Of a DNA stretch of 64,000 bases, positions 1 through 12,183 are shown piece by piece; position 1 is the stretch's first letter, and each line of letters begins with the position of its first letter. Source of the stretch: Octopus bimaculoides (Eukaryota); NCBI RefSeq assembly GCF_001194135.2, contig NC_068982.1:10868898-10932897 (forward strand), given 5' to 3'. The position numbers and the translations under genes are program-made. Below the pieces are notes generated by a model. That model was not told where the DNA came from. It did not search any database and saw only the letters and a list, made by a program, of their open reading frames with translations.

Positions 1-367
1 TAGTAAATAACATATAACTTAACTTATAATAAAAATTGTAATTTTCCTCTTATTTTAGTAGGATGTGTTTGCTTAACTCTATTATTTGGTTTCGTTATAC
101 TTTCCAGTTGAATAAATGTTAATTTCAATAGCTTTTAACTGCCGTACACGAACGTTCACTTCTAGATGCCATCAGTTAGCAAAAGCACCAACGAAATATA
201 TTTGTAGACTACCAAATAAATATTTTCTCAATTTAAATACAACTTTGATCTACGACACTATTCTCTTTTATGTATGTTTAATACTAACTCCACAAAAAAT
301 AATTGTTATTTAGTTGTTTTCATTCAATAATACTCCCGAATGGTAACAGCTTATCTCTCTAGAAAGA

Positions 368-368
368 C

Positions 369-406
<38 letters not shown>
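368..406 (+). repeat. (GATA)n microsatellite
   Basis: Uninterrupted GATA run seen directly. Confidence 0.95.
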
Positions 407-407
<1 letters not shown>

Positions 408-1097
408 AAGATAAAGATATGAAGCTCCTTGCGCCAGAGCAGAATTTAAGAGTAATCCTACAGATTGCCTATCCATATAAACACCATACATATATATATA
501 TATAATATGAATATATATCTGTGTGTATGTGTGTGTGTGTATACATACATACATACATACATACATACATAGTATTAACTGACAACATTTTGATCCCTTT
601 CCAAAGAAAAGCATACTCCATATATAGTGTCGAGGCTATATTTATTAGAATTTCTTGGCTTCTTCTATCCAGTGAGATCAGTGGCGCGTACATGCATCGA
701 TGCAGCTATGGATCGTAACAATACCATAAGGAAATCTGTTCAGTCGATACCAGCCAGCATTGAATGCATTTTTCATTTCATTTTCAGTGAGAAACAAATC
801 GTTTTGCGAGACGTAGCTGTTGAGTTCGTTTGTTGCTTATTACTGTAAATATATTTTTACATGATATTTAGAATAGAATAATGCTATTCTGAGTTTTACG
901 TCAAGCGTAAATTATTGAGAGTATCGGCCTAAATTCTTCCAGTTTGTATGTACGCATATATTGGTTGGTGGGAAAGTGGACAGTTAATTGAGGAAATGCA
1001 TTCAAATTATTTTCAAAGTAAAGAGTATTTCAAAGCAAGTTAAGTAATGACAATCGTTCCCGTTCTTTATTTCACAATATATATACAAGAATATATG

Positions 1098-1151
1098 TTC
1101 TTTACACACCCGTCTTCGCCTTTGTCTCCTTTTTGTTATTTTTGTAAATTC

Positions 1152-1210
<59 letters not shown>
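1098..1210 (+). mobile_element. 3' fragment of the HHR-bearing short repeat family (family H2), followed by (TA)n
   Basis: tttacacacccgtcttcg...ttttgtaaattctcac-(TA)n aligns by eye with the reverse complement of 59407-59450 and with 4263-4331. Confidence 0.55.
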
Positions 1211-1211
<1 letters not shown>

Positions 1212-2695
1212 AAAGTATGTATATATATTGAGCGTTTATGTCTTTCTCGATGAATAATTAATCATTAAACGTTGAAATATTTTTTATTTATTTGTTTTCC
1301 TTCACACTTAGTTTAAATACAGAAATACAATGACCAGTACTCTAGTCCTCAAAAATGGTACTTGACTTAATTGAATCATGGAAATGTTTAGCAGAAATAG
1401 CGTACCGCATAAACTTACCGAGTTTATTCAGCAATAGCAAATAACTATGACAGCAAAAGTCTATTTGGCCAGACATGATAAAGAAAGCAAATAGTTATTT
1501 GTATAGTTGTTTATCAATAATGATACATTGCTGGTATTGCGAATGTTAAGACCTGATTAGAATAGTTGATACGAGAGCACTCACCAAAGCATAATACTTG
1601 AGAGTTTTTTGAAAACTTTAATCCATGATAGTAATATTAACGACTATTCACACCACACAGTGAGCATACACGCATTGTATCTTTAAAAATATTGGTCTGC
1701 AAACTACTTTTTAACTGTGTTCATGATGAGATTAAACAAACTTGCTTCTTCGGTTTAACAACATGTTTTCTTTAAGTATTAATAGATATTTACCACTTCA
1801 TTTTTTCTATATAAATTTGTATTCTTTTCATTTAATGTTCATTCGAAGCACGCATAGTAACATTAACAAACTTTAGAACTGGATGGAAAATATCAGTAAC
1901 TACTTTTAGATGAGAGCTACTTGTGAAAAATAAGCATTAATATGTACTGACAAAAAAAAATCGAACAAAAAATTACTGTTAAATCATTCAATACAATAAC
2001 GATTGAAGTTAAAAAGACATGTTACAATAAAAACAAAATAGATTTTTAAAGACTGACACAAATCAAATATTTGTATAAATTTGATTATTCTAATATATTT
2101 TGTATATTCTTCTCACACAAACGAAAGCTGTTTCAAAGAAAAAGTGAATAATCATAGTTACTGGAGTTGCCGTTCTTGATGTAATTGGTCTTGATGTTAT
2201 TGTCGTTCTTGTTCTTATCGTTGTTGTTTTCGTTATCGTATTTTTGTGGTTATGTAACTGTAGCATACTAAGCATGTGACTAACTGAAATAATTGAAAAC
2301 TGTATTGCCCACTTTAACATACTGCAATGTATCGTATGAAGTACAATGTAATAATGTTGACATGCTGAAGCCAAACTTCTGTCCAGTCAATTTCTGTACT
2401 CATGTTCTTGTCTAGCTCCAGATTATCCCGGACGAAGCAAATGTATGATCAATACATTCCTAGTATCATCATCCTGTATTCTATTTATTTATATATTTGC
2501 TTGCTATGGTTGATGTAGCGTTCAACAGTTATGACTGCAAATAGCTGTTTCAATACCAAGAGTTGCACCCGCTTAATTGTCTGATAAACCACTCACATAT
2601 CAAAAATATGTTCTATTTGATAAGTTTCTGTGTATTCCTTGGATGAACAAGCATTATTTGATATAGCCGTAATTTTTCCTTCATTAAATATATTA

Positions 2696-3034
2696 CCGTA
2701 TCTGATGACTTATAAGACGCACCTTTTTACCCCCTAAATGGCTTAAAAATCCCCCTGCATCCAATGCACTCAATGTAGGCTCAAAACTCGCTCAAAACGG
2801 TATGTATGGTTACAAAACGTGTGCTGCCATCTATGGGTGAACAATTACGTACGGTATGTTTATATCGAATGTGGATGCAATAAATTGCTTATAATTACCG
2901 GTAATGACATAAAGTTATACAGGTAAGTGGAGGAATTAAAACATTATTTTAGTGGTAATTTATTTTATAAAAGAATAGCCTAGGCCAGGGTGAGTCCTAT
3001 GCACTCGTGCGTCTTATAGGCCAATCAAATACGG
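2696..3034. mobile_element. Tc1/mariner-superfamily (pogo/Tc2-like) MITE
   Basis: Terminal inverted repeats (TIRs) ccgtatctgatgacttataagacgcac (2696-2722) and gtgcgtcttataggccaatcaaatacgg (3007-3034). TA lies on the left and CA (mutated TA) on the right. No ORF. Confidence 0.85.
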
Positions 3035-4151
3035 CACATAGTAATCCCCACCACATTACTAAGTTATTGTTAGTACTTCGACAGTATACTGTATCTACCC
3101 TTAATATGATTAAATCAAATTTAAAAATATAATATCAGGATATTAGTAACTGTTACGCATAGTAAAGGGACTTGTATATAGAAGTATTTTAAGATTTTAT
3201 AGAACTCACCAGAAATACATTTAAGATTGGGGAAAGATAATACGATCACACTTTCTGGAATAAACGCTAAATGCATTCTATCCAGTAAATGCGGTTCATT
3301 ACGAGCTTCATGGAAAGAAAAACCTTTGACCTCTCAAAAAAGAGCCGGCACAAAGTTGTAACAGTAATCCTTGAGATAACAATTTCAAATTTCTTCCCCT
3401 AAATTCATACGAAATTATCATTCATGTCCATCTTTTTCGATCATTATTTTAAAATGTTGGCACACGTCGTTTAAATATACAGAAGTTAATTCTGAAGTGT
3501 GTAATGCAGAAAATAGCAAAAGGCTTTCATGCGTTCGGTGTCGAGAAAGATATTAGTCATTGACTACTATAAATTTTACACTGCGGGAAACAGCTTGTTG
3601 CATGTTTCGGTATAAAGCCTCCCACAGGAAGCATGGACTTCAGCATTATTACTGAAGTAATGATGGAGTAGACACTAAGTTAATAAATGAGAATGTATAT
3701 CAATTTGCGTAGAAGATATTATGGTCAAGGAAACTTTTACTCTTAGGCATTACATCTATATTAGTTTTATTCGAAATATACATGAATTATAATCCAAATT
3801 AAATCAAGAACAACTAACTGCTATACTGTCCACTGATAACAATATGTAACTATGCAACCAAGCAGGGAACACTATGCCATCGTTAGGCTAGCCAGACCCA
3901 GCCAGATGATAGATAAATCAGACAACCAATGTTCTTAAATAATACAAGACGTTTAATATAATTCCGTTAACTGATATACGTAATGTAGATGGTCCCGAGT
4001 AGAACGACCTAGTTTATGGGTCTTCTTGGTCAGATTAAATTTATGATAATTAGCATATAGCAAGGTAGACATATTGTAGATGCCATAATCATGAAATAGT
4101 ACCGCAAATATATATACATGATTGACCGTTGACTGAACACTATTCAATTTT

Positions 4152-4331
4152 TTTTCTCCGTGTTTTTCTCCTTGTCTCCGTATTCTTTCTGTTGAAGAGC
4201 GTAGCTCGAAACGTCAAAGACTTTCCGTATTCCCGAGCGTCATACTAATATATACTTTTGTTATTTACACCACCTGTCCTCGTTTGTTGTTATTTTTTGT
4301 ATATTCTCCCATATATATATATATATATATA
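4152..4331 (+). mobile_element. Short HHR-bearing repeat (family H2, probably derived from a Penelope-like element) ending in (TA)n
   Basis: About 90% identical by eye to the reverse complement of 6481-6647 and related to 59407-59570. Contains a hammerhead-like motif. Confidence 0.75.
4184..4220 (+). ncRNA. Minimal type I hammerhead ribozyme motif with variant core CUGUUGA
   Basis: UCUUU-CUGUUGA-A-GAGC(GUA)GCUC-GAAA-CG-UC^AAAGA. Stems I and II pair perfectly, but A6 is replaced by U. Confidence 0.6.
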
Positions 4332-5406
4332 NNNNNNNNNNNNNNNNNNNNNNNNNNNNNNNNNNNNNNNNNNNNNNNNNNNNNNNNNNNNNNNNNNNNN
4401 NNNNNNNNNNNNNNNNNNNNNNNNNNNNNNNNNNNNNNNNNNNNNNNNNNNNNNNNNNNNNNNNNNNNNNNNNNNNNNNNNNNNNNNNNNNNNNNNNNNN
4501 NNNNNNNNNNNNNNNNNNNNNNNNNNNNNNNNNNNNNNNNNNNNNNNNNNNNNNNNNNNNNNNNNNNNNNNNNNNNNNNNNNNNNNNNNNNNNNNNNNNN
4601 NNNNNNNNNNNNNNNNNNNNNNNNNNNNNNNNNNNNNNNNNNNNNNNNNNNNNNNNNNNAAAAGATTTGCTATAGGAATAATTTATTTGTAGTGTATTAT
4701 TGAGGTTAAAAGTCTATAGCTTATAAACGACTGAAGTAATTACAAATAGTGTTACATAAAGGTATGTAATAGAATCGGAACACATGCTTATGTATCATTT
4801 CCTATTTTACAAGAAATTTCTCATTAATGTAAATTCGTTGTAAAGTCAACTCTATAATCTATTTTTATACCAGACTGGTAAAAATAATGATTTCCCGAAG
4901 GTATCTTAATAATTGATGATGTTCTTTTCATTGTTACATGTGTCTCTCTTGACCTATTGTACAGGAGCAAACATTTATAACAAATACCGCTTATATTGAT
5001 TACAAAGTTGAGAATGTTTCTGCTAGTCGTGTGGTCTCTAACAGACTTTCTTAAATTCTATTTACAGTTTACTACACATTTCAATTAAATGATTATATTA
5101 ATCAAACGCATCAAAATGTAATAAGTTTAAACAGTGAAATAGATTTCTTCAACTATTGCAATTGTGTGCGTTACTATTTCTCGAAGAAGACCAACGCTAG
5201 CTTCCTTACATTCCACCGTTCCGTTTCAGCACATTAATATAGCGTTATTTCAATCTAAATATCTTCAGTAAATTCGGAACCGTATGTTTATTATTTGTAA
5301 TTTAATGAGAATGTTAACAAGAAAAAAAATATTACACTTTGTATTTGTACATTTTAAGAAAGCTTACACTCTAATGCTATATTCAGAACATAGACGGTGT
5401 AGAAAC

Positions 5407-5448
<42 letters not shown>

Positions 5449-5567
5449 AACCCTAGAGCTAATTAGAGCTTCTATTTTGTTTGCATGAAGTTTCTACAGC
5501 GACTATGTACTGAATATAGCATTATATATATATATATATATAATACATACATACATACATTATATAT

Positions 5568-5890
5568 GAGGGCGCGTGGCTTAGTGGTTAGGGCATTCGG
5601 CTCACGATCTTACGATCGTGAGATCAACTCCCGGCGATGAGCTTTGTGCTTAACCAAGACACTTTATTTCACGTGTTGCTCAAGTCCACTCAACTGGTAA
5701 AAATGAGTAGTGCCTGTATTTCAAAGGGCCAGCCTTGTCATACTCTGTGTCACGTTGAATCTCCCCGAAGAACTACGTTAAGAGTGCACGTGTCTGTGGA
5801 GTTCTCAGCCACTTCTACGTTAATTTCACGAGAGAGCTGTTCCGTTCATCGTATCAGCTGGGACCCTCGTCGTTGTAACCGACGGAGTCC
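5568..5890 (+). mobile_element. tRNA-derived SINE, family C
   Basis: A-box-like tggcttagtgg and B-box-like gatcaactcc. The body matches the reverse complements of 29111-29417 and 57383-57610. Confidence 0.85.
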
Positions 5891-5898
5891 TTAATATA

Positions 5899-6379
5899 GG
5901 CGCAGTAGTGGATGTATGGTAAGTAGCTTGCTTACCAACCACACGCTTCCGGTTCAGTTCCATTGCGTGGCACCTTGGGCAAGTGTTTTCAACAATAGCC
6001 TCGGGCCGACCAAAGTATTGTGAGTGGATTTGGTAGACGGAAACTGAAAAAGACCCGTCATATATATTTGTGTGTGTGTGTGTGTGTNNNNNNNNNNNNN
6101 NNNNNNNNNNNNNNNNNNNNNNNNNNNNNNNNNNNNNNNNNNNNNNNNNNNNNNNNNNNNNNNNNNNNNNNNNNNNNNNNNNNNNNNNNNNNNNNNNNNN
6201 NNNNNNNNNNNNNNNNNNNNNNNNNNNNNNNNNNNNNNNNNNNNNNNNNNNNNNNNNNNNNNNNNNNNNNNNNNNNNNNNNNNNNNNNNNNNNNNNNNNN
6301 NNNNNNNNNNNNNNNNNNNNNNNNNNNNNNNNNNNNNNNNNNNNNNNNNNNNNNNNNNNNNNNNNNNNNNNNNNNNNNN

Positions 6380-6411
<32 letters not shown>

Positions 6412-6452
6412 GGTGGTGCATCAGCATGGCCGCAGCTCTAAGCTGAAACTAT

Positions 6453-6455
<3 letters not shown>
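5899..6455 (+). mobile_element. tRNA-derived SINE, family B, with internal microsatellite and gap
   Basis: Head ggcgcag...ggttcagttccattgcgtggcaccttgggcaagtg, internal (TA)/(TG) tract with N-gap 6088-6379, and tail remnant gcatggccgcagc. Confidence 0.85.
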
Positions 6456-6480
<25 letters not shown>

Positions 6481-6487
<7 letters not shown>

Positions 6488-6660
6488 GAGAATGTACGAA
6501 AAAAAAACAACAACAGACGAGGACAGGTGGTGTAAACAACAAAAGGATGTATTAGTTTGACGCTTGGGAATACAGAAAGTCTTTAACGTTTCGAGCTACG
6601 CTCTTCAACAGAAAGAATACGGAGAAAAGAAGGAGAAAAACACGGATATGCTAAAAAATG
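6481..6660 (-). mobile_element. Short HHR-bearing repeat (family H2), inverted relative to 4152-4331
   Basis: Reverse complement nearly identical to 4158-4320. Terminates in (TA)n. Confidence 0.75.
6580..6616 (-). ncRNA. Minimal type I hammerhead ribozyme motif with variant core CUGUUGA
   Basis: Minus strand reads UCUUU-CUGUUGA-A-GAGC(GUA)GCUC-GAAA-CG-UU^AAAGA. Confidence 0.6.
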
Positions 6661-8953
6661 TGACTGACCTGAGTGTTTTCCATTAAAGGTTGTATATAGA
6701 GTTGATATGTTTAAGTTCAGTAACGTGTGCAGAATATTCCAATATAAGTGGGAAATATAAGCTAATATGCGCAGATGTGTACATTATATAACAGAATCCA
6801 ATCTGAAATGTAAAATGATTAACACAATTGATTATTAGCATAAAATATATACATCAGAAATTTCTGAAGAGAAGATGTTAATGTTTGAATTATGTTTAGA
6901 ATACGTCTTAGGATTATTATATATAAAGAACTTCTCGTGTATTTTATGTATGATAAAACTAAATAATATTATGTGAAGTATTATTCCAGACTCTAGAATT
7001 TATAGTTCTAATATTTAGTCGTTTTCTGCATGGGAAATTAATCAAATTTTAATGTTTATTTAAAATGTTTTAAACGTAACTGTTTTAATTTTATCTATAA
7101 ACATCTTGTTCATATTATATATCAAACTTTTGACTCTATTCACATATATCATTCATTGCAAATGAAAATTTGGAGAAAACACGAGATTTATTTGAACAAT
7201 TAAAAGTTCATTTGAACTTTCAATTATGAACTTTCAATTATGAACTTTCAATTACAACTTCAGATTTCTAGTGACGGATAGTTGATTAAATTACACTTAA
7301 CACTCGATTGATATTTAAATTATAGTGTTGGATAAAATGCGAAGTTAACCTCAACGAGGATCAAACTCAGAATATAAAGAAATATTACTAAATACCATAA
7401 TGCGTTTAGTTCGCCACTCTTCTAATTCTGCCAATCATCGCTTCCTACAAAGTTGGGAAAAGCAGTTATGGTTATTCATAATCTGTATGTATTAACCTCT
7501 TAAATTATAACCCATATACAAAAGTATATTTTGTTGTGTTGCCAAAATGAAACTAGGAAATCAATTAATATGACCAGACATGGTTTTATTAGTAGAAAGT
7601 AAATGTCTTATATGTGAAAACAGAGACTTGAAAACATGTATAAAATGTATTGTCATAAAACAGAATAAACAGGAGATTGTCATACATTTACCAAAGTTTT
7701 AATAATGGCATATTTTAACCACAGAAAGCTTAAATTGAAATCGAATAATGGTGGCTTATTTTTAGTTTTCAATGTGTATATAGAAAATATTGAATCGCTG
7801 ATAAAAAATTGTATATGTTATAGAATTGTAGATAAAACTTTTACACCAAGCTGAAAAAAATATTGGAACTGAGTGACGTAAACACATTTGACTGTAAATG
7901 AACTTCTTTGTGAAATATAACTTATTCATTGTAAACAGCTTAGGATAAATAAAATTTGAATTTTTTAACGAAATCTGACACGTCAATAGTCTCATATTCT
8001 ACGACCAATGTTTATCTGGCTTTATATATTACTCACCCATCCTTTCCTTCTTTCTAGGTCTTTCAATTCTCTTTTTTTTCTCTCATCCATTGTCTTTCTA
8101 TCAGTTTTTCTCTAACTTTTCTCTCTCGCTCTATTTCTCTCAACTCGCTAGGTCATTATTTATTTATGTACACTATATGTTTTTCAATCAGAGCAGAGTT
8201 TCGGATAAAGCATATATCAAATACATCCAAATATATAAAATAATAGGAGTAATGTTGTTTAACAGCAGAAATGAAAGGATTCATAGAGAGGTGTTTTTTT
8301 CGTTTCTTTTTTTTTCTCTCTATTCTATCAAACAAATGCAAAGTCTTCCCACAAAAATCAATATGAACATATGGCAAATATTAAAATCAATGTCATTACC
8401 AATGTAAAATCTCAGTCACATAAAAATGCTGGATGTATAATATTTGTTTTGTTTTGGTTGATTTTGGGGGGTTTTGTTGTTTGTTTTCTGTTGTTTTCTT
8501 TTTTCGCTCTTCTTCTTAAGAAAAAAATTGATACTGCAGAAAAATTACTCTGTTGCTATAGAAACCGAGAGGGTGATAGACTATTTCTTACGAATAGTAA
8601 TATCCTGCACAAAATAACAGAGAAAAATTTATTTTACCAATCTGCATCAACGTTTAATACGATGCTCAACTCCGTACATAACAGGACGATATTAACTTAC
8701 GTTCCCCAGGAAATGACACCAGCATCTGAAAAAGTTACATACACAGATGACTATGATGTTTTTGACATCCATAGTATCGAGATAACGAAGGGGTAAAGAA
8801 AAATAAAGCCATCATTCCAGAGACAAAAAAAATATCAACATTAATTACGAAATTGCAATACATAACAGAGGAGACGGTCACTTTTGGAATTAAAACCACA
8901 TTTATGTTGTAATTTTATTATTATCTTTCTATGATAATCTTTCTTACGATAAT

Positions 8954-9335
8954 CTTTTAGTCGTTTCGGTTATTAGACTGCGGCCATGCAGGGGCACCAC
9001 CTTGAAGAATTTTAGTCGAAGGAATCGACCCCAGTACATTTTTGTGTAAATCCTGGTATGTATTCTATTGGTCTGAACCGTTAATTTACGGAAATGTAAA
9101 AGCACCAACACCGGTTGTCAAGCGATAGTGGGAGACACACTCATAGATACATAATACTCGCACACACAGATGACGTGGTTGTGTTTCAGTTTCTGTCTAC
9201 CAAATTCACTCACAAGGTTTTGGTAGGTCCGAGGCTACCAAAGCAGAGACACTTGCCCAATGTGTCATGCACTGGGACTAGACCCAGTAGCATGGGGTTA
9301 GGACGCAAACGTCTTACCACACAGCCGCGCTTGCA
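8954..9335 (-). mobile_element. SINE family B, diverged
   Basis: Reverse complements of the family B tail (gactgcggccatgc), body (ctaccaaattcactcacaagg) and head (ttaccacacagcc). Confidence 0.85.
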
Positions 9336-9631
9336 CTAATTTAAATTATATTTAAAACGGTTCCGCTTTGCTTTACTGATGAGTTATACGATAACAGAAA
9401 CCTGTTCAAAATTACTACCGCAAGCCAAAGATTAAACTTACTTCCGACTGTTTTCTATATTCAATTCACTTTTATTAAGTTTAAATTTTAGGGATTTTTG
9501 CCTTTATATTTCTCGATCAAAATATGAAGATAATGATTAGTTCTTCTCGGAATCAGTCTAGTTTTGATTTCTTAACATTTCCTGAATTAATCCATTATGT
9601 TAACGTTAACTCGAATAAAGCTAATGGATTT

Positions 9632-9760
9632 AAGTACTAGTTACGCACTGGGGTCGATGTAATCGACTTAATCCCTTTGTCTGTCCTTGTTTGTCTCCTC
9701 TATGTTTAGCCCCTTGTGGGCAATAAAGAAATAAGAAACGTTAGCAAGCCGGGGTAAATG
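9632..9760 (+). mobile_element. SINE family A, 3' part with A2 tail
   Basis: ctggggtcgatgtaatcgacttaatccc...tatgtttagcccttgtgggcaataaagaaata matches 12330-12420. Confidence 0.8.
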
Positions 9761-9967
9761 CTTCGTACGAGTTGTGCCAAAATTTGAAATCATAATATAT
9801 ACGTAATTAGTTTAAAAAGAACTTACCAATGCTAGAGAGATATACAGTTACGGAAGTTTGTTTTTATTTTACTGATAAATGCAGTATTAGGTCCGACAAA
9901 ATGTTATTCATTGATTTACAAACATTTCGTAGAAACTTAATTTTCGTTTTCATTAACCATCAAATAT

Positions 9968-10162
9968 CGGTTCAAATTTTGGCACAAGGCTATCAATTTC
10001 GGGGGCGGGGGTAAGTCAATTACATCGACCCCAGTACTCGACTGGTACTTATTCCATCGACCACGAAAGGATGACAGGAATTGAACACAGGACGTAAAGA
10101 CGGACGAAATGCCGTTAAGCATTTTTCCCGGCGTGCTAATGATTGTGCCTGCTTGATGCTTT
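9968..10162 (-). mobile_element. SINE family A, diverged
   Basis: ggcacaagg...tcgaccccagtactcgactggtacttatt...gaaatgccgttaagcattt matches the reverse complement of the family A consensus. Confidence 0.8.
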
Positions 10163-11055
10163 ATTAACCATCAAATATTGATTGTAAATTTCTGAAATTA
10201 TTAAGAGGAAAATTTTTGTTTCATTCGTTCGTACCACCTTATACAATTAATAGAAATTAAATTACTCAAGAAATATTATTGTTAGAAAAATATGTTATCT
10301 TAATTTTCGCAGCAAAACTAGTTTAGGAAATAATGATATTCAATTTTTAAATGGAAACAAAACCACTGATGGCGCGGAAGAGTACAGCTGATCAAATCGA
10401 CACAATTATTGGCACATATTTTATTCACCTCAAAAAAGAGAATATGTCAAACAAGGTGACGTAAAGACATATCGAATAACGTGTCTCTGGTACGCTATTA
10501 ATACTCAGCTAAAAGCAGTTATTTAATTATAATTATTCTTCGTTTGCATATTTTCTTTGGGTCATATGCACAATATATTTTGTATAATATTGAAATTAAT
10601 ATAATATTTAATGCAACTCATTTTTTTTTTAAATTGATATAGAGAGAAAAGTCAAAGTCGACATCAGAAAAACTAGATTTTAAATCATTTGAAAATATAT
10701 TTATTGTTTTGATGCTCTTAAGGAAAAGATAATTCAGCAAGTATATTAACAAAAGAAAGTTTTTAGATATAAAGTAAATTTAAATATAAATTTTAAAATC
10801 TAACTGAATATGTTTAAATTATTAAGTGTATCAAAATTGTTAATCTGATCTAAAACGTTGACTAAGAATTAAAATTGGAAACTATACACACTCGTAACAT
10901 AAATGCAGCTTTTCTACAGAGTAACATCTCTAGGAAGGAATTTCAACCATGTTTCGTGGTCTGCTACCACAACAGCTCCTTTATAGGATCCAGTTAGCTC
11001 AAGACATCATCCAATATCGATGCAAAAACGAGTATTAACATTATTAATATTAATC

Positions 11056-11184
11056 ACTGGTAGTTAAGAGTGCGGGATATTAACCCCAAGATTCCGAGTT
11101 CGATTCCAGGCAGTGACCTGAATAATAATAATAATAATAGCAACAACAACAACAACAACTACAATAATAATAATAATAATAATG

Positions 11185-11235
<51 letters not shown>

Positions 11236-11412
11236 TTGAAAAATACCTTAGGAATGAGAACCCAGGTTCGAAATTCCCCCAAGACACCTGATGAAGGCTG
11301 GGGGTATATCAGCCGAAACGTTGTGTTAACAATAAACAAGATGAGGACAAATATCCGTCAGATGTAAATAATGTAAATAATATACATAATTCCTCATCTC
11401 TTAAATATAGAG
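11056..11412 (+). mobile_element. Composite short retroelement (family H1): tRNA-like head + (AAT)n + hammerhead + tail
   Basis: B-box gagttcgattcc (11097-11108), (AAT/AAC)n 11121-11233, HHR 11283-11327, and tail gatgaggacaaatatccgtc...ttcctcatctcttaaatatag. A second copy lies at about 62201-62325. Confidence 0.75.
11283..11327 (+). ncRNA. Minimal type I hammerhead ribozyme with canonical core
   Basis: GACAC-CUGAUGA-A-GGCUG(GGGGUAUAU)CAGCC-GAAA-CG-UU^GUGUU. All conserved core bases are present, stem I has 4 bp plus a GU pair, stem II has 5 bp, and palindromic ACGU replaces stem III. Confidence 0.75.
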
Positions 11413-12183
11413 CCAATACCGCAAGTTATGCAATGGCTCTACCAATTTACTATCTTAGTGACATACTGAGAATCAATTTAATTGAATATAATCCAGACAA
11501 GTAAATTTATGACTCTGCGCCAAGGCGAGAAATTAATATTGTCTATGATGAAGTACATTGGATGCCAGAATCAGCAAAATCCGGACAAAGTTCTTTGTTG
11601 TATTTAGTTACTTTCGTTTAGTTTTGTTTCCAATTCAAACAACGCTGGGGATCGAATTTGCCGTTTCTCCCTTCGGTGTCAATACAATAAGTACTACTGA
11701 AGTACTGTAGTAGATGGAATTGACTGTATTACTCTCTGAACCGTTTGAATTTCTGCCAATGTTATAAATAAATTTTCCCTGTTAGTGATTTATTCAGGAT
11801 GTAGCAAACGAAAAAAAACAATAAATCTGACATGCTGGCAAATGATGTATATTTATGAAGCTGTAAATTGTATATAAAAACATTGACCAATGTGGCTTAA
11901 GTGTTTAGATTGATGTAGTGGATATTTTTTCTCAAGTTGCTAACAGCTTTTTTTTATTCTTAGCAAGAGTCCCATAAATCTTTATTAAGATATAAGATAA
12001 TTTTAAAATTTTAAACATTTTTGTGTATCAAATGAAGAGTTAATTCAGTATAGTATGAATAAATTGATATTTATTCATTATATTAATTTAGGAATACATT
12101 TTCCGTTTTAAAATTTTTTCTCGCATTTTAATTTAAGATTTCAATTTTGATCATTATTGCATTTTTAATAAATATCATGTGAC

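Noticed and set aside
1240-1276. Degenerate HHR-like string tttctcgatgaa...aaacgttgaaa next to an H2 fragment
   Set aside because: Several core positions are altered, and it cannot be separated from chance in AT-rich DNA.
5568-5640. tRNA-like sequences at SINE heads as possible tRNA genes
   Set aside because: They lack complete cloverleaf acceptor stems and continue into SINE bodies.
9376-9404. CTGATGA-GTTAT(ACG)ATAAC-A-GAAA hammerhead-like string
   Set aside because: There is an extra A before G12, the cleavage position is G, and stem I has no complement.
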